Below, one piece after another: positions 15,869 through 24,106 of a DNA stretch of 25,609 bases. The DNA comes from a virus. Its lineage: Duplodnaviria > Caudoviricetes. The stretch spans positions 1-25,609 of IMG/VR virus record IMGVR_UViG_3300044631_000268, one strand, 5' to 3'. Numbering within the stretch: position 1 is the stretch's first letter; each line of letters starts with the position of its first letter. The notes under the pieces were generated by a model that had not been told where the DNA came from, ran no database searches, and saw only the letters and a list, made by a program, of their open reading frames with translations. The position numbers and the translations under genes were made by a program.

Positions 15869-16061
15869 GATCTTTCCTTGGCCGGCCGGGACGGCGCGCG
15901 TATTCGGGCGGCGTCATAGCAAGCTGTCTGGTTTCATCCTCCACGGGGGCGTCCTCATCAACGCGGACGTATCCAGCGTGGCCTTTCATGCTGTCTATAT
16001 CGTGCTGGAGCGTAAACGTAACAGTTTGCCCGCTTTGCAAACAGCGGAATGTCGCGGCCAT
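15855..16061 (-). CDS. hypothetical protein with C-terminal AT-hook-like motif (68 aa)
   Basis: GGAGG SD; RRPGRPRK near the C-terminus. Confidence 0.7.
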   Translation of the reverse strand: MAATFRCLQSGQTVTFTLQHDIDSMKGHAGYVRVDEDAPVEDETRQLAMTPPEYARRPGRPRKDHVRN

Positions 16062-16081
16062 GTTGCCTCCAGAGGTGAGTT

Positions 16082-16099
16082 CGGGGGCCGAAGCCCCCG
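16082..16099 (-). promoter_or_regulatory. GC-rich hairpin with UUCG tetraloop and no U-tract
   Basis: Minus strand CGGGGGC-TTCG-GCCCCCG directly after the stop of the 108-aa gene. Confidence 0.7.
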
Positions 16100-16103
16100 G
16101 GTA

Positions 16104-16430
16104 TTACGCCAACGAACGAACGACGACCAAACGAAGTGTAGCGGAGGCCAAATTGACTTCAGCGCCTGTTTCGTTTTGAAAACGGATACTGACCACGTTA
16201 GCCGCACTGACGTAGGCGGTCACAATCAGACCCGCCACATCAACAGCCAACGAAGCCGACAGCACCATGTCGCCCAAGGCAACGCCTGGGACAGCTACGG
16301 TATCGGTGTCGCCTGCGCCGTCAGCCAAAGTATCGGCGTCTAGCGTAGCGCGGACAAGAAAAGTATTAGTGTAAAGACCGCGAAACTGGTCATTGCCAGC
16401 ACGGACGGTCACGGAAGTAGCATTTGCCAT
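16104..16430 (-). CDS. putative capsid decoration / minor head protein (108 aa)
   Basis: Immediately after the major capsid gene; beta-rich, Ala/Val/Thr-rich; strong TAGGAG SD. Confidence 0.6.
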   Translation of the reverse strand: MANATSVTVRAGNDQFRGLYTNTFLVRATLDADTLADGAGDTDTVAVPGVALGDMVLSASLAVDVAGLIVTAYVSAANVVSIRFQNETGAEVNLASATLRLVVVRSLA

Positions 16431-16450
16431 GATGTTCTCCTAATTAGGTT

Positions 16451-16476
16451 AAAGACCCCCGGCTTTCACCGGGGGC
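16451..16476 (-). terminator. probable leaky Rho-independent terminator after the major capsid gene
   Basis: CCCCCGG-TGAAAG-CCGGGGG followed by a short TCTTT. Confidence 0.65.
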
Positions 16477-16482
16477 GTTCAA

Positions 16483-17457
16483 TTAGGCTGGAACAGCCAG
16501 AGCGAATGCCGAGGACGAGAGAGCAGCGCCAGTAGTAGCCGCAGTACGCATAGCTTTTACGCCGTACAGGGTATCAGCAGTAAACAGGGTACCGAGATAT
16601 TCCTGCTTGTACTGAGTCTGCGAACGGATCGCCATTTGCTCAACCAGCACCATCGAGTCGCGGTGGCCCATCAGGCAGATACGGTCAGCGCCCGAGCTAC
16701 CAGCACCGAAGTCGGCGTTGGAGGTGACGAACACTGGGATGCCGTACAGGTTGCCGATCTCACCGTTGCGGATGGCATTGCCGTCACCGACAAATGCCTG
16801 TTCAGTGTAGCGAGCCAGACCCATCAAGGTGTTACGCGACGATGGTGGGATGATGAAGAAACGACCGTCCATCGGGGTATCGTTGTCATCCAAACGCTGA
16901 ATGGTGCGACGGATAGCAGCATCGGTCAGGGCAGCAGCGTTTGTGCTGGTGCTGTTGTACGCGGTGGTGCCGTCCGAGCCGATGAAGGCTTTGGTCGTGG
17001 TGTTGCTAGTTGCGTAGTCGTCAGTACCAACGGTTGCACCGTTGAAAGCACGGCCGAGACGAACCAGATCGGTGTCGACCTGGCGAGCCAGCGCGTAACC
17101 AGCGTCGGCAGTGTAGAACTGACGCAGCGAGTTGAGGGCTTGGGCTTCGACGATGTCTTCGATCAAGCGGCTGTACTCGTAGTGCTTGTTGATCGATACC
17201 TGGACTTCGGACTCGGTTGCAGCGATCAGGGTCACCGCGTCGGTCGATACTTTGGCCGATGCAGAGCCACGGGTTGGTGCTGGGATGTGGACGATGTCAC
17301 CCTTTTTGCCGCGGAAGTTCATCTTCATGACCAGGTTGGCCAGAACGAGGTTCTTCTTATAGGCGGCAACAATTTCATCACTCCAAATTTCTGGGATGAA
17401 TGTTGCTGCTGTTGTTGGGGTAACGCTATTTGCTGGGGAAAAAGCTGTATTAGCCAT
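16483..17457 (-). CDS. major capsid protein (HK97 fold)
   Basis: FIPEIWS, KKGDIVHIP, AGYALARQVD, GEIGNLYGIPVFVTSN and DTLYG motifs; follows the scaffold; strong SD and biased codons. Confidence 0.9.
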   Translation of the reverse strand: MANTAFSPANSVTPTTAATFIPEIWSDEIVAAYKKNLVLANLVMKMNFRGKKGDIVHIPAPTRGSASAKVSTDAVTLIAATESEVQVSINKHYEYSRLIEDIVEAQALNSLRQFYTADAGYALARQVDTDLVRLGRAFNGATVGTDDYATSNTTTKAFIGSDGTTAYNSTSTNAAALTDAAIRRTIQRLDDNDTPMDGRFFIIPPSSRNTLMGLARYTEQAFVGDGNAIRNGEIGNLYGIPVFVTSNADFGAGSSGADRICLMGHRDSMVLVEQMAIRSQTQYKQEYLGTLFTADTLYGVKAMRTAATTGAALSSSAFALAVPA

Positions 17458-17482
17458 GTCTAGCTCCTAAAAAGTCAAAAGT

Positions 17483-18241
17483 TTATTTGACCCGCCCCTC
17501 TTGATACGCCGCCATGATTTCCTCAGACAGTGCGTCATACCGGGCTGGGTCGGTCATTTTCAGCCGAATAAGGTCAGCACGTCGGTAAACCCGCTTTGAA
17601 CTCTCCCCTGTACCCCCACTATCCACTTGCGCTGCCTTCATGGTCTGCTGGCGCGCGGCAGTTGCCTGCTGCTTAACCTGCTCACCACGAATATTGCGCA
17701 GTTCTTTGTAGGTACTAAACAATTCATTCGCCGAATCGAAATCTGCCTTGGCGTCGGCTTTGGCAAACAGCTCGATGCGCACTGGGGAAGATTTCACCCA
17801 GTTCACAAAGTCCTCACTATTGATCAACTGCTCATAGTCAGGATGCGCTTGCGTCAGCTTTTGCTTCGTTTGCAACAGTTTGAACTGGGCGCTTGCTTCG
17901 CGAGCGGCCAGAACATCCGGGTGCGTCTCGATCGTTTTGTGAATTGCCGTTTTAGGGTCTTCAAAGAAGTCTACTTCCGGCTCTTCTTTTTCAACAGTCG
18001 TTTGCCGTGCCCCAAGGTTTTGCTTGATCAGCTCGTCGGCCAGTTTCCGCACTTCCCCGACTTCTTGCGCCTGTCTTCCGATCACCTTTTCGGCCTCTTG
18101 GTGCATCTTTACGATGTCCTCAAGCGACTTATTTCGGTACCGATCCGGTAATTCCGGCTTAGACTCCGCTATTGCGTCGGGTAGTTTCGCTTCCTCTGCC
18201 TCTAACTCGCTAGGCATCTCGGGTTCATTGTCAATCAACAT
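17483..18241 (-). CDS. capsid scaffolding protein
   Basis: Acidic N-terminus, coiled-coil, C-terminal DPARY...IMAAYQEGRVK; directly upstream of the capsid gene. Confidence 0.8.
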   Translation of the reverse strand: MLIDNEPEMPSELEAEEAKLPDAIAESKPELPDRYRNKSLEDIVKMHQEAEKVIGRQAQEVGEVRKLADELIKQNLGARQTTVEKEEPEVDFFEDPKTAIHKTIETHPDVLAAREASAQFKLLQTKQKLTQAHPDYEQLINSEDFVNWVKSSPVRIELFAKADAKADFDSANELFSTYKELRNIRGEQVKQQATAARQQTMKAAQVDSGGTGESSKRVYRRADLIRLKMTDPARYDALSEEIMAAYQEGRVK

Positions 18242-18305
18242 GTCGTGGTTCCTTTTCCTGCCATCTTTTGGTTCCCAGGATTAAACATGAACGGGGCAAA
18301 AATGC

Positions 18306-18533
18306 TTATCCGTTCGCTTTGCGCTCCGATTCTAACTTTTCACGATGTTTCCGGTCAAATTGATGATACGCCGTCGGAAAATGACCAGACCACCCTTCAA
18401 GGTTAAAGTGCGGAGCAGAAATCGTGCGGCGGGCTGACTTGCCACACTTGCAACTCACTACTTGTTGCTCAAAAGTTGCCAATCTTTCAATTAATTCGCC
18501 GCTTTCGCAGAGAAATTCATACATCCTGCGCAT
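18306..18533 (-). CDS. FmdB-like zinc-ribbon protein
   Basis: MYEFLC...SCKCGKSARRTISAP pattern; first knuckle is degenerate. Confidence 0.65.
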   Translation of the reverse strand: MRRMYEFLCESGELIERLATFEQQVVSCKCGKSARRTISAPHFNLEGWSGHFPTAYHQFDRKHREKLESERKANG

Positions 18534-18756
18534 TTAAGTCCTCATAAGCTTGTTCGCTGACCGATTTAAGGTTTCTCAGCCAAGTCAGGATAGACAATTC
18601 GCCTTTCTTAAATTGTAAGTCTTTCTCGCCATCAATGGTAGAAATATCCTGCAACGTCAATATTATCTTGTCAATATCTTCCAACAGATCCGCCCAGCCT
18701 GGTGTGGCCATCATGGAAAACCTGTCTTCATAGTATTTTTGCAGCTCTGGCGTCAT
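18517..18756 (-). CDS. hypothetical protein (79 aa)
   Basis: Coupled to both neighbours; FKKGEL helical motif in the head module. Confidence 0.75.
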   Translation of the reverse strand: MTPELQKYYEDRFSMMATPGWADLLEDIDKIILTLQDISTIDGEKDLQFKKGELSILTWLRNLKSVSEQAYEDLNAQDV

Positions 18757-18989
18757 CAGATACCTAATGCTTGTTTAATTTCGCCCGGTGTAGCGGCGGC
18801 GTCAATATCGGCTTGTATGGCCGCATATTTTTCTCGGATAGTTTGTCGTGCTGTTTCTGCGGCCTGAGCATCTACCCCAGGAATCTGCTTCATGATGACT
18901 TCATCATACGGTTTAAATTCTTCCGCACGGGCAGCACGACGTATATCATGGGCTATTGTTTTAGCCTTATCGATATTTACGACAATCAT
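18756..18989 (-). CDS. fibre-associated protein (putative assembly chaperone, 77 aa)
   Basis: GGAGG SD; helical; follows the fibre gene. Confidence 0.55.
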   Translation of the reverse strand: MIVVNIDKAKTIAHDIRRAARAEEFKPYDEVIMKQIPGVDAQAAETARQTIREKYAAIQADIDAAATPGEIKQALGI

Positions 18990-19240
18990 ACTTCCTCCCT
19001 CGCAGGAAACTCGTTGCTTTCAGCACCCACTCCATCCGGCTCATCAATGACCGCTTCCCACGCATTACGAAAAGTTCTATCGGTTGGAATATCATCCATT
19101 GCAACAATCTTAAATGGCTTTCCAGCAGGAACATCCTTAGCGGCTATTTCTTCTATCGTATGTTCTTTTAAGCACTCTGGCGCAGGTGCTATGACCACCA
19201 CACCACCTTCGTCGTTTGCGTAAATTATTCTTTGGTTCAT
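18986..19240 (-). CDS. fibre-associated protein (Tfa-like position, 84 aa)
   Basis: KDVPAGKPFKIV...DIPTDRTFRNAW; directly downstream of the fibre gene. Confidence 0.6.
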   Translation of the reverse strand: MNQRIIYANDEGGVVVIAPAPECLKEHTIEEIAAKDVPAGKPFKIVAMDDIPTDRTFRNAWEAVIDEPDGVGAESNEFPAREEV

Positions 19241-19253
19241 TATCTACACCATT

Positions 19254-22067
19254 TCAGCGAAAGACAGCAACATAGTTATTCTCAGTATCAACAGCTCCTG
19301 TACCTACTCTAAAAGTAATAATACGAACAGCCGAGGTTGTTGGTGCTGTACCAGAATCCTGATTAAAGACTGTGCCGTTTACCGCGCTAGTCCGATTTGT
19401 TGTGGCAACCATTGAATAATTCGCATCAGGCATAGCAGTAGAAAAATTAACCGTATAAGTTCCAGTGCCATTATCTGAAATACTCGATACGTTCACGCTA
19501 TCACGAATTGAAACCGTTCCAGTACCGTTAAAATTCACCCAAGCTCTTGCGCCGTAGTAAAGTGGGCTTCCAGAAGTTGTCTCTACAAGCTCACCCGTTA
19601 AGGCATGGTTATGAGATGTTCCTGACGCGGTATTTGTCGATGTGTTAGTGATAGTGCTAGGCGTACCCATCGCAACAGAACCGCTAGTTGTGATGGTAGT
19701 AAAGCTCATACCAGCACCAGCGGATACACTTGTCACAGTGCCCGATCCGCCACCACCAGACGCCGCGATCGTAATCGAACCCGCGCCGTTCGTTATGCTG
19801 ATGCCTGATCCAGCAGTCAACGTACTCTTAACAAGCGTATTGCCTGTTGAGTTTCCGATTAAAAGTTGACCGTCTGTGTAAGATGTTTGCCCGGTACCAC
19901 CATTAGCTACGCTTAATGTACCGGTTACTCCCGGCGTAATGTTTGAGGAACCATTAAACGACGCCGATGAAGTGCTGGCAAGGTCTGTTTGTATAGTTCT
20001 GGCGGTAGTTAATGTTGCTGCGCTACCTGTAGTATTTTGATTTAATGTGGGAACGTCCCCAGCTTGTATAGCGGACATCACTACGTCAGTTCCGTCACCG
20101 CGCAAATACTGTCCAGACGTGACAGCGCCGGCCAAAGCGTCCATCGCCGCTTGTCTAGATGTCTCGCCTGTACCGCCGTTAGCGATCGGTAATGTGCCTG
20201 TTACCTGCGTGCTTAGACTAACGCCAGATAATGTACCGCCGAGAGTAAGGCTGCCGCTGGACGTTACTGCGCCGGTCAATGTAATGCCATTAACTGTGCC
20301 TGTGCCGCCAACGCTAGTGACAGTACCAACGTACTGATCGTTTGAGGTAATCGTAAAACTTGGGTAGGTGCCTGAAATGCTAGTCGTACCCGCACCAGTC
20401 AACGATACCGTTTGATCCGGGGCGCTATTAGTAATCGTAAAGTTAGGGTAAGTACCGCTAGTACTTATGCCAGTGCCTGCACTCAACGACACTGTCTGGT
20501 CTGGCGCGCTATTGGTAATCGTCACATTACCCGTTGCACCAGACACAGAAATACCGGTGCCAGCTATGGCGCTTAATACGCCCGCATTAGTAACCGTAAT
20601 TGATCCAGCGCCCTCAGTGATCGTAATGCCCGTGCCGTCAGTCAGTGTGTTTTTTTCCCACAGACTGGTCGACGCGTTATAGATCAACACCTGACCGTTT
20701 GATGGGTTCTGCGCTGAGACGTTATGCAGCTCGTCCAGTTCATAACCGTTCTGTACGCGCACGTACAGACGACCGTTGCCGGCATTCGCGCGCTCGACCA
20801 CACCGATATAGACCAAATGATTTGGTGCGTATGGCTTTGTACTAGTCAGTGTGCCAGCAGTCGCGCCTAGATACAACGTATCGCCTGCGGTGTATGCACC
20901 AAGATTCAAACCATCCTGCACACCTTGGCACAGAATCATGCCGGCCTGATTGGCACCAATATCTTCAGCGCAAACGCCCAAAGTCTTTGCCGATGTCGCG
21001 TCGCCTGTGTTGTACGCAAGCTTGACCGACACCCGATCGCCTTGCGCGGCGAACATATAGACCGGCTGACCCTTAGTAATCGTCACCGATTCCGCGTTCG
21101 TCGCGTAGGCGTACAAGGTCTGACCTATATCGGCAGCGATATTGGCGTTTAAGCCGACTGTCATAGTCTGCTGAGTAGCATCCCAGTACAGCCGACCGGC
21201 TGCGTTTGTGACTGTTGCACCAGTGTCAAACTGAATGAAATCCGGCGACGAAATACCGCCGGTGATCCCCGTCATTGAGGTGATGTTGTTGTTCGCGCCT
21301 GCTGTCGCCCAGCTCTGATCAATCTTTTGCCAGACAGTACCATTAAAAATCAACCAATCGCCCGGCTGCCAATCGCTAATGCCGTCAAGAGTAGTTGATC
21401 CAGCGACTGACACAATGTAGTAGTAACCCGAAGTGCCGACACCAGACGCTAGGGTTGGTGTATTGGTAGAAGCGTTCCATGTACCTTGATAGTCAAGCAC
21501 TACCAATGCATCAATCTGCGCTTGCAGACTGGCCAATGCATCCAACACCGTCTGCGACGTGCCGCCACCGTTAGTGATGACCTTGATCCGCTCGGCTAGA
21601 TCAGGTGCAACGACTTCACCGACGTTAATCTCACGGCCATTCGACAGCGTAATGACGAGTGAGCCGTCAAAATCAATCTTGGCGTCCGTAACCGACACAC
21701 CATCTTCACCATCGACACCATTAACGCCGTCTTTACCGGCTGGACCCATCGGTCCCGTAGCGCCGTCCCGGCCTGGGCGGCCATCTTTACCGTCTTTACC
21801 GTCGCGGCCGTCGATACCATCGACACCATCACGTACCGAGTTGACCCGATCCGTGATTTTCTGACCTAGATCGTCGTATTTGGCACGAATGTCCTCCTCG
21901 ATCTTCTTCAAGGCGTCGACCACCATGCCGACGTTTTCACTGACACGACGTTTTTGGTTGCTTCTAGCCTCTAAAAGTGACGCACGAACCGACTCCAGAA
22001 CAGCATTTTGCTGCTCTGGCGTCATGTTTTGCAGAATTAACTGTTTAGCGAGGCTTTCAACGTCCAT
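19254..22067 (-). CDS. long modular fibre protein with collagen-like repeat (937 aa)
   Basis: N-terminal coiled coil, 15 G-X-Y triplets, Thr/Gly/Ser repeats, and a C-terminal RAWVNFNG...GTGTYTVNF tip domain. Confidence 0.8.
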   Translation of the reverse strand: MDVESLAKQLILQNMTPEQQNAVLESVRASLLEARSNQKRRVSENVGMVVDALKKIEEDIRAKYDDLGQKITDRVNSVRDGVDGIDGRDGKDGKDGRPGRDGATGPMGPAGKDGVNGVDGEDGVSVTDAKIDFDGSLVITLSNGREINVGEVVAPDLAERIKVITNGGGTSQTVLDALASLQAQIDALVVLDYQGTWNASTNTPTLASGVGTSGYYYIVSVAGSTTLDGISDWQPGDWLIFNGTVWQKIDQSWATAGANNNITSMTGITGGISSPDFIQFDTGATVTNAAGRLYWDATQQTMTVGLNANIAADIGQTLYAYATNAESVTITKGQPVYMFAAQGDRVSVKLAYNTGDATSAKTLGVCAEDIGANQAGMILCQGVQDGLNLGAYTAGDTLYLGATAGTLTSTKPYAPNHLVYIGVVERANAGNGRLYVRVQNGYELDELHNVSAQNPSNGQVLIYNASTSLWEKNTLTDGTGITITEGAGSITVTNAGVLSAIAGTGISVSGATGNVTITNSAPDQTVSLSAGTGISTSGTYPNFTITNSAPDQTVSLTGAGTTSISGTYPSFTITSNDQYVGTVTSVGGTGTVNGITLTGAVTSSGSLTLGGTLSGVSLSTQVTGTLPIANGGTGETSRQAAMDALAGAVTSGQYLRGDGTDVVMSAIQAGDVPTLNQNTTGSAATLTTARTIQTDLASTSSASFNGSSNITPGVTGTLSVANGGTGQTSYTDGQLLIGNSTGNTLVKSTLTAGSGISITNGAGSITIAASGGGGSGTVTSVSAGAGMSFTTITTSGSVAMGTPSTITNTSTNTASGTSHNHALTGELVETTSGSPLYYGARAWVNFNGTGTVSIRDSVNVSSISDNGTGTYTVNFSTAMPDANYSMVATTNRTSAVNGTVFNQDSGTAPTTSAVRIITFRVGTGAVDTENNYVAVFR
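20401..20523 (-). repeat. 84-nt-period tandem repeat in the fibre gene (TITNSAPDQTVSL x2)
   Basis: aacgataccgtttgatccggggcgctattagtaatcgt at 20401 vs aacgacactgtctggtctggcgcgctattggtaatcgt at 20485. Confidence 0.85.
21693..21827 (-). repeat. collagen-like (Gly-X-Y)15 coding repeat
   Basis: GVD GID GRD GKD GKD GRP GRD GAT GPM GPA GKD GVN GVD GED GVS. Confidence 0.9.
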
Positions 22068-24105
22068 TCGACAGCTCCTTGGTCAGTTCTTCAAGGAAGT
22101 CTTCTTCCATGCCGCTGATCTTGTTCTGTTTATCCGCCATCTGCATCTCAACAATCTTTGATTTGTTCTTGATGTCGGCTTCTTTCAACATCAATTCAGC
22201 AATCTTGACCCGCTTGTCGAACTCTTTGGACGCCAGCTCATCATTGTTCGGCAAATTCTGCGTATTGGCCGCCATGATCTTCGCTTCCGTCTCGACCGGC
22301 TTCAACCGCGCCTCGATCAGCGTCTTCGTGGCCTCTGCACGGTTCTGCTCGGCCTGCGTCTGATTGACCGCGATCTGCGCCTGCGCTGCTTGCATAGCCA
22401 ACTGCTGCTGCATCTGCGCCATTTGCTGCTGTTCTGGGTTCGGCTGCGCCATCTGTGTCAGCGACTCCATCAGCTCCATGCGGTTAGACAGCGAGCTGTT
22501 GGCCACAATGCCCTTCAGAATCAACGGCAGCACCGGTGTGTCTGGCCCCAAGGTCTGCAACAGCGCAATGAACTGCGCCTGCTCGTACTCGCGAGCGATG
22601 ATGCCCAGTGTCGCAGTTGGGATGAAGTTCATATCCACCGACGGATACCGCTCGGGGTCGAACTGCATGTACCTAAACGCCGACTTCTTGATGAATGGCA
22701 TCAAAAAGTCTTCTTGGAAGTTCACCAGCGTGCGCTTGTACTTCTTAATGATCGAGGCGACTGCCATCGACATGCCGGCGTTGCCACCGTCACGCGAGAC
22801 TTGGCTGACCATCCCTTGACTGTCCAACGTGCCGGTTGCCTGCAACAGCATCGTCTCAAACCGCTGGGCGGTGGCCAAGTTGTCGTTCGACGTCTGACCA
22901 AACTTGAACGGAAACAGAATCTCGTTCGGGTTGCCGTTGGTTAGAATCGCCTTGCCCGGACGCACTTCAAACTTCGCCCCACGTGGCAGACGCGTCGCGT
23001 CCATTGCCATCATCGGCGCCGATGTCAGCGCCAGTCCATCCAAATGCGAGCGCACTTCTGCGTCGATCGCTTTCTGCATGTTGTACGCCTTCTCCACCGT
23101 CCCCCGCCCTAGCAAGCGGTTGGGCACCGTGTCGTCCTGGTACGACAGCACCGGACGATCCTTCATCATGTACGGATTCTCTTCGGCCTTCAAGAGCATC
23201 CCGTCGTTGGCAATCACAACGATCGCCTCGACCATGTCGCTGTAGTCCTCGGCCGCTGAATCTTCCGGGAACAGATCGACCATCTCCTCGTCGCTTTCGT
23301 TCAACTTGGCGATGTACTCTTTAGGCACCAGACCGTAGTAGGTCAGAAGCTTGACCTTCTCATCTTCGTAGGCGCTGACCTCTTGTGTCGGCTCCAGATC
23401 AGTGTCTTCGTACGTCGGGGTGATGTTGACTTTGCGATAGATGCCGCGCTCGATGTTGCGCACCACCTTGTGGATCGATACGTACTTCTCAATCGCCACG
23501 CCCATGCAGTCGTCGACCGACGTGCCGTTCGGGTCAAATAGGAAGTTCTTCGGGTTCACCGGCACCAACTTGACCGACACCCGCGGCTTCTCGATCACGC
23601 CAATGGCCGCCTGCCCCATCTGGCCAGGGATCGGTTGCGTAGCCGGCATGTACTCCTTCTCCATGCTGACCACGATCTCACCAATACCGGTGCCATAGAT
23701 TTCGGCTAACAACTCGATGTGATCGATAGATTTTCTGATCTTGTCCTTCTTGAAGTCCTCCATCAACTGGCGCTTTAGCATCTCCACGTCCAGTGGGCTG
23801 CCGTCGATGTCCTTCAAGTCGTCTTCGATGTCGAAGTACTCGCCCGAGCCAAAAATCGCCTCCATGATCTCGGCGTGGCGCGTCTCCACCGCCTGCTGCG
23901 TCATCGGCGTGACCAGGCGGGAGCGTTCAGATTCGCGGGTCTTGTCTTCGATTGCCCACTCGCCACGGAAGATACGTTCGTACTCTTCCCAGCTTGGCAG
24001 GAAATTGATGTCTCGGTAGGTACGCCACCGATCACAATGATCAGTCACGAAAGAAACTAACTCTTTATCGGCCTCGTCTGGCTGATCAAAGTCGTTTTGG
24101 TCCAT
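22057..24105 (-). CDS. portal protein (P22-like, with C-terminal Gln-rich coiled coil)
   Basis: 682 aa directly after terL; YGTGIG and GRGTVE motifs; long Q/A-rich helical C-terminus. Confidence 0.88.
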   Translation of the reverse strand: MDQNDFDQPDEADKELVSFVTDHCDRWRTYRDINFLPSWEEYERIFRGEWAIEDKTRESERSRLVTPMTQQAVETRHAEIMEAIFGSGEYFDIEDDLKDIDGSPLDVEMLKRQLMEDFKKDKIRKSIDHIELLAEIYGTGIGEIVVSMEKEYMPATQPIPGQMGQAAIGVIEKPRVSVKLVPVNPKNFLFDPNGTSVDDCMGVAIEKYVSIHKVVRNIERGIYRKVNITPTYEDTDLEPTQEVSAYEDEKVKLLTYYGLVPKEYIAKLNESDEEMVDLFPEDSAAEDYSDMVEAIVVIANDGMLLKAEENPYMMKDRPVLSYQDDTVPNRLLGRGTVEKAYNMQKAIDAEVRSHLDGLALTSAPMMAMDATRLPRGAKFEVRPGKAILTNGNPNEILFPFKFGQTSNDNLATAQRFETMLLQATGTLDSQGMVSQVSRDGGNAGMSMAVASIIKKYKRTLVNFQEDFLMPFIKKSAFRYMQFDPERYPSVDMNFIPTATLGIIAREYEQAQFIALLQTLGPDTPVLPLILKGIVANSSLSNRMELMESLTQMAQPNPEQQQMAQMQQQLAMQAAQAQIAVNQTQAEQNRAEATKTLIEARLKPVETEAKIMAANTQNLPNNDELASKEFDKRVKIAELMLKEADIKNKSKIVEMQMADKQNKISGMEEDFLEELTKELSNGR

Positions 24106-24106
24106 C

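Noticed and set aside
16636-17463. 275-aa + strand ORF antisense to the major capsid gene
   Set aside because: Typical shadow ORF from biased codon usage; no SD or recognisable motifs. The same applies to 9466-10248, 12259-12834, 15726-16343, 17627-18151 and 22390-22944.
19254-22067. Diversity-generating retroelement target or invertible fibre cassette
   Set aside because: No reverse transcriptase, invertase or adenine-specific TR/VR repeat pair is visible in the window.
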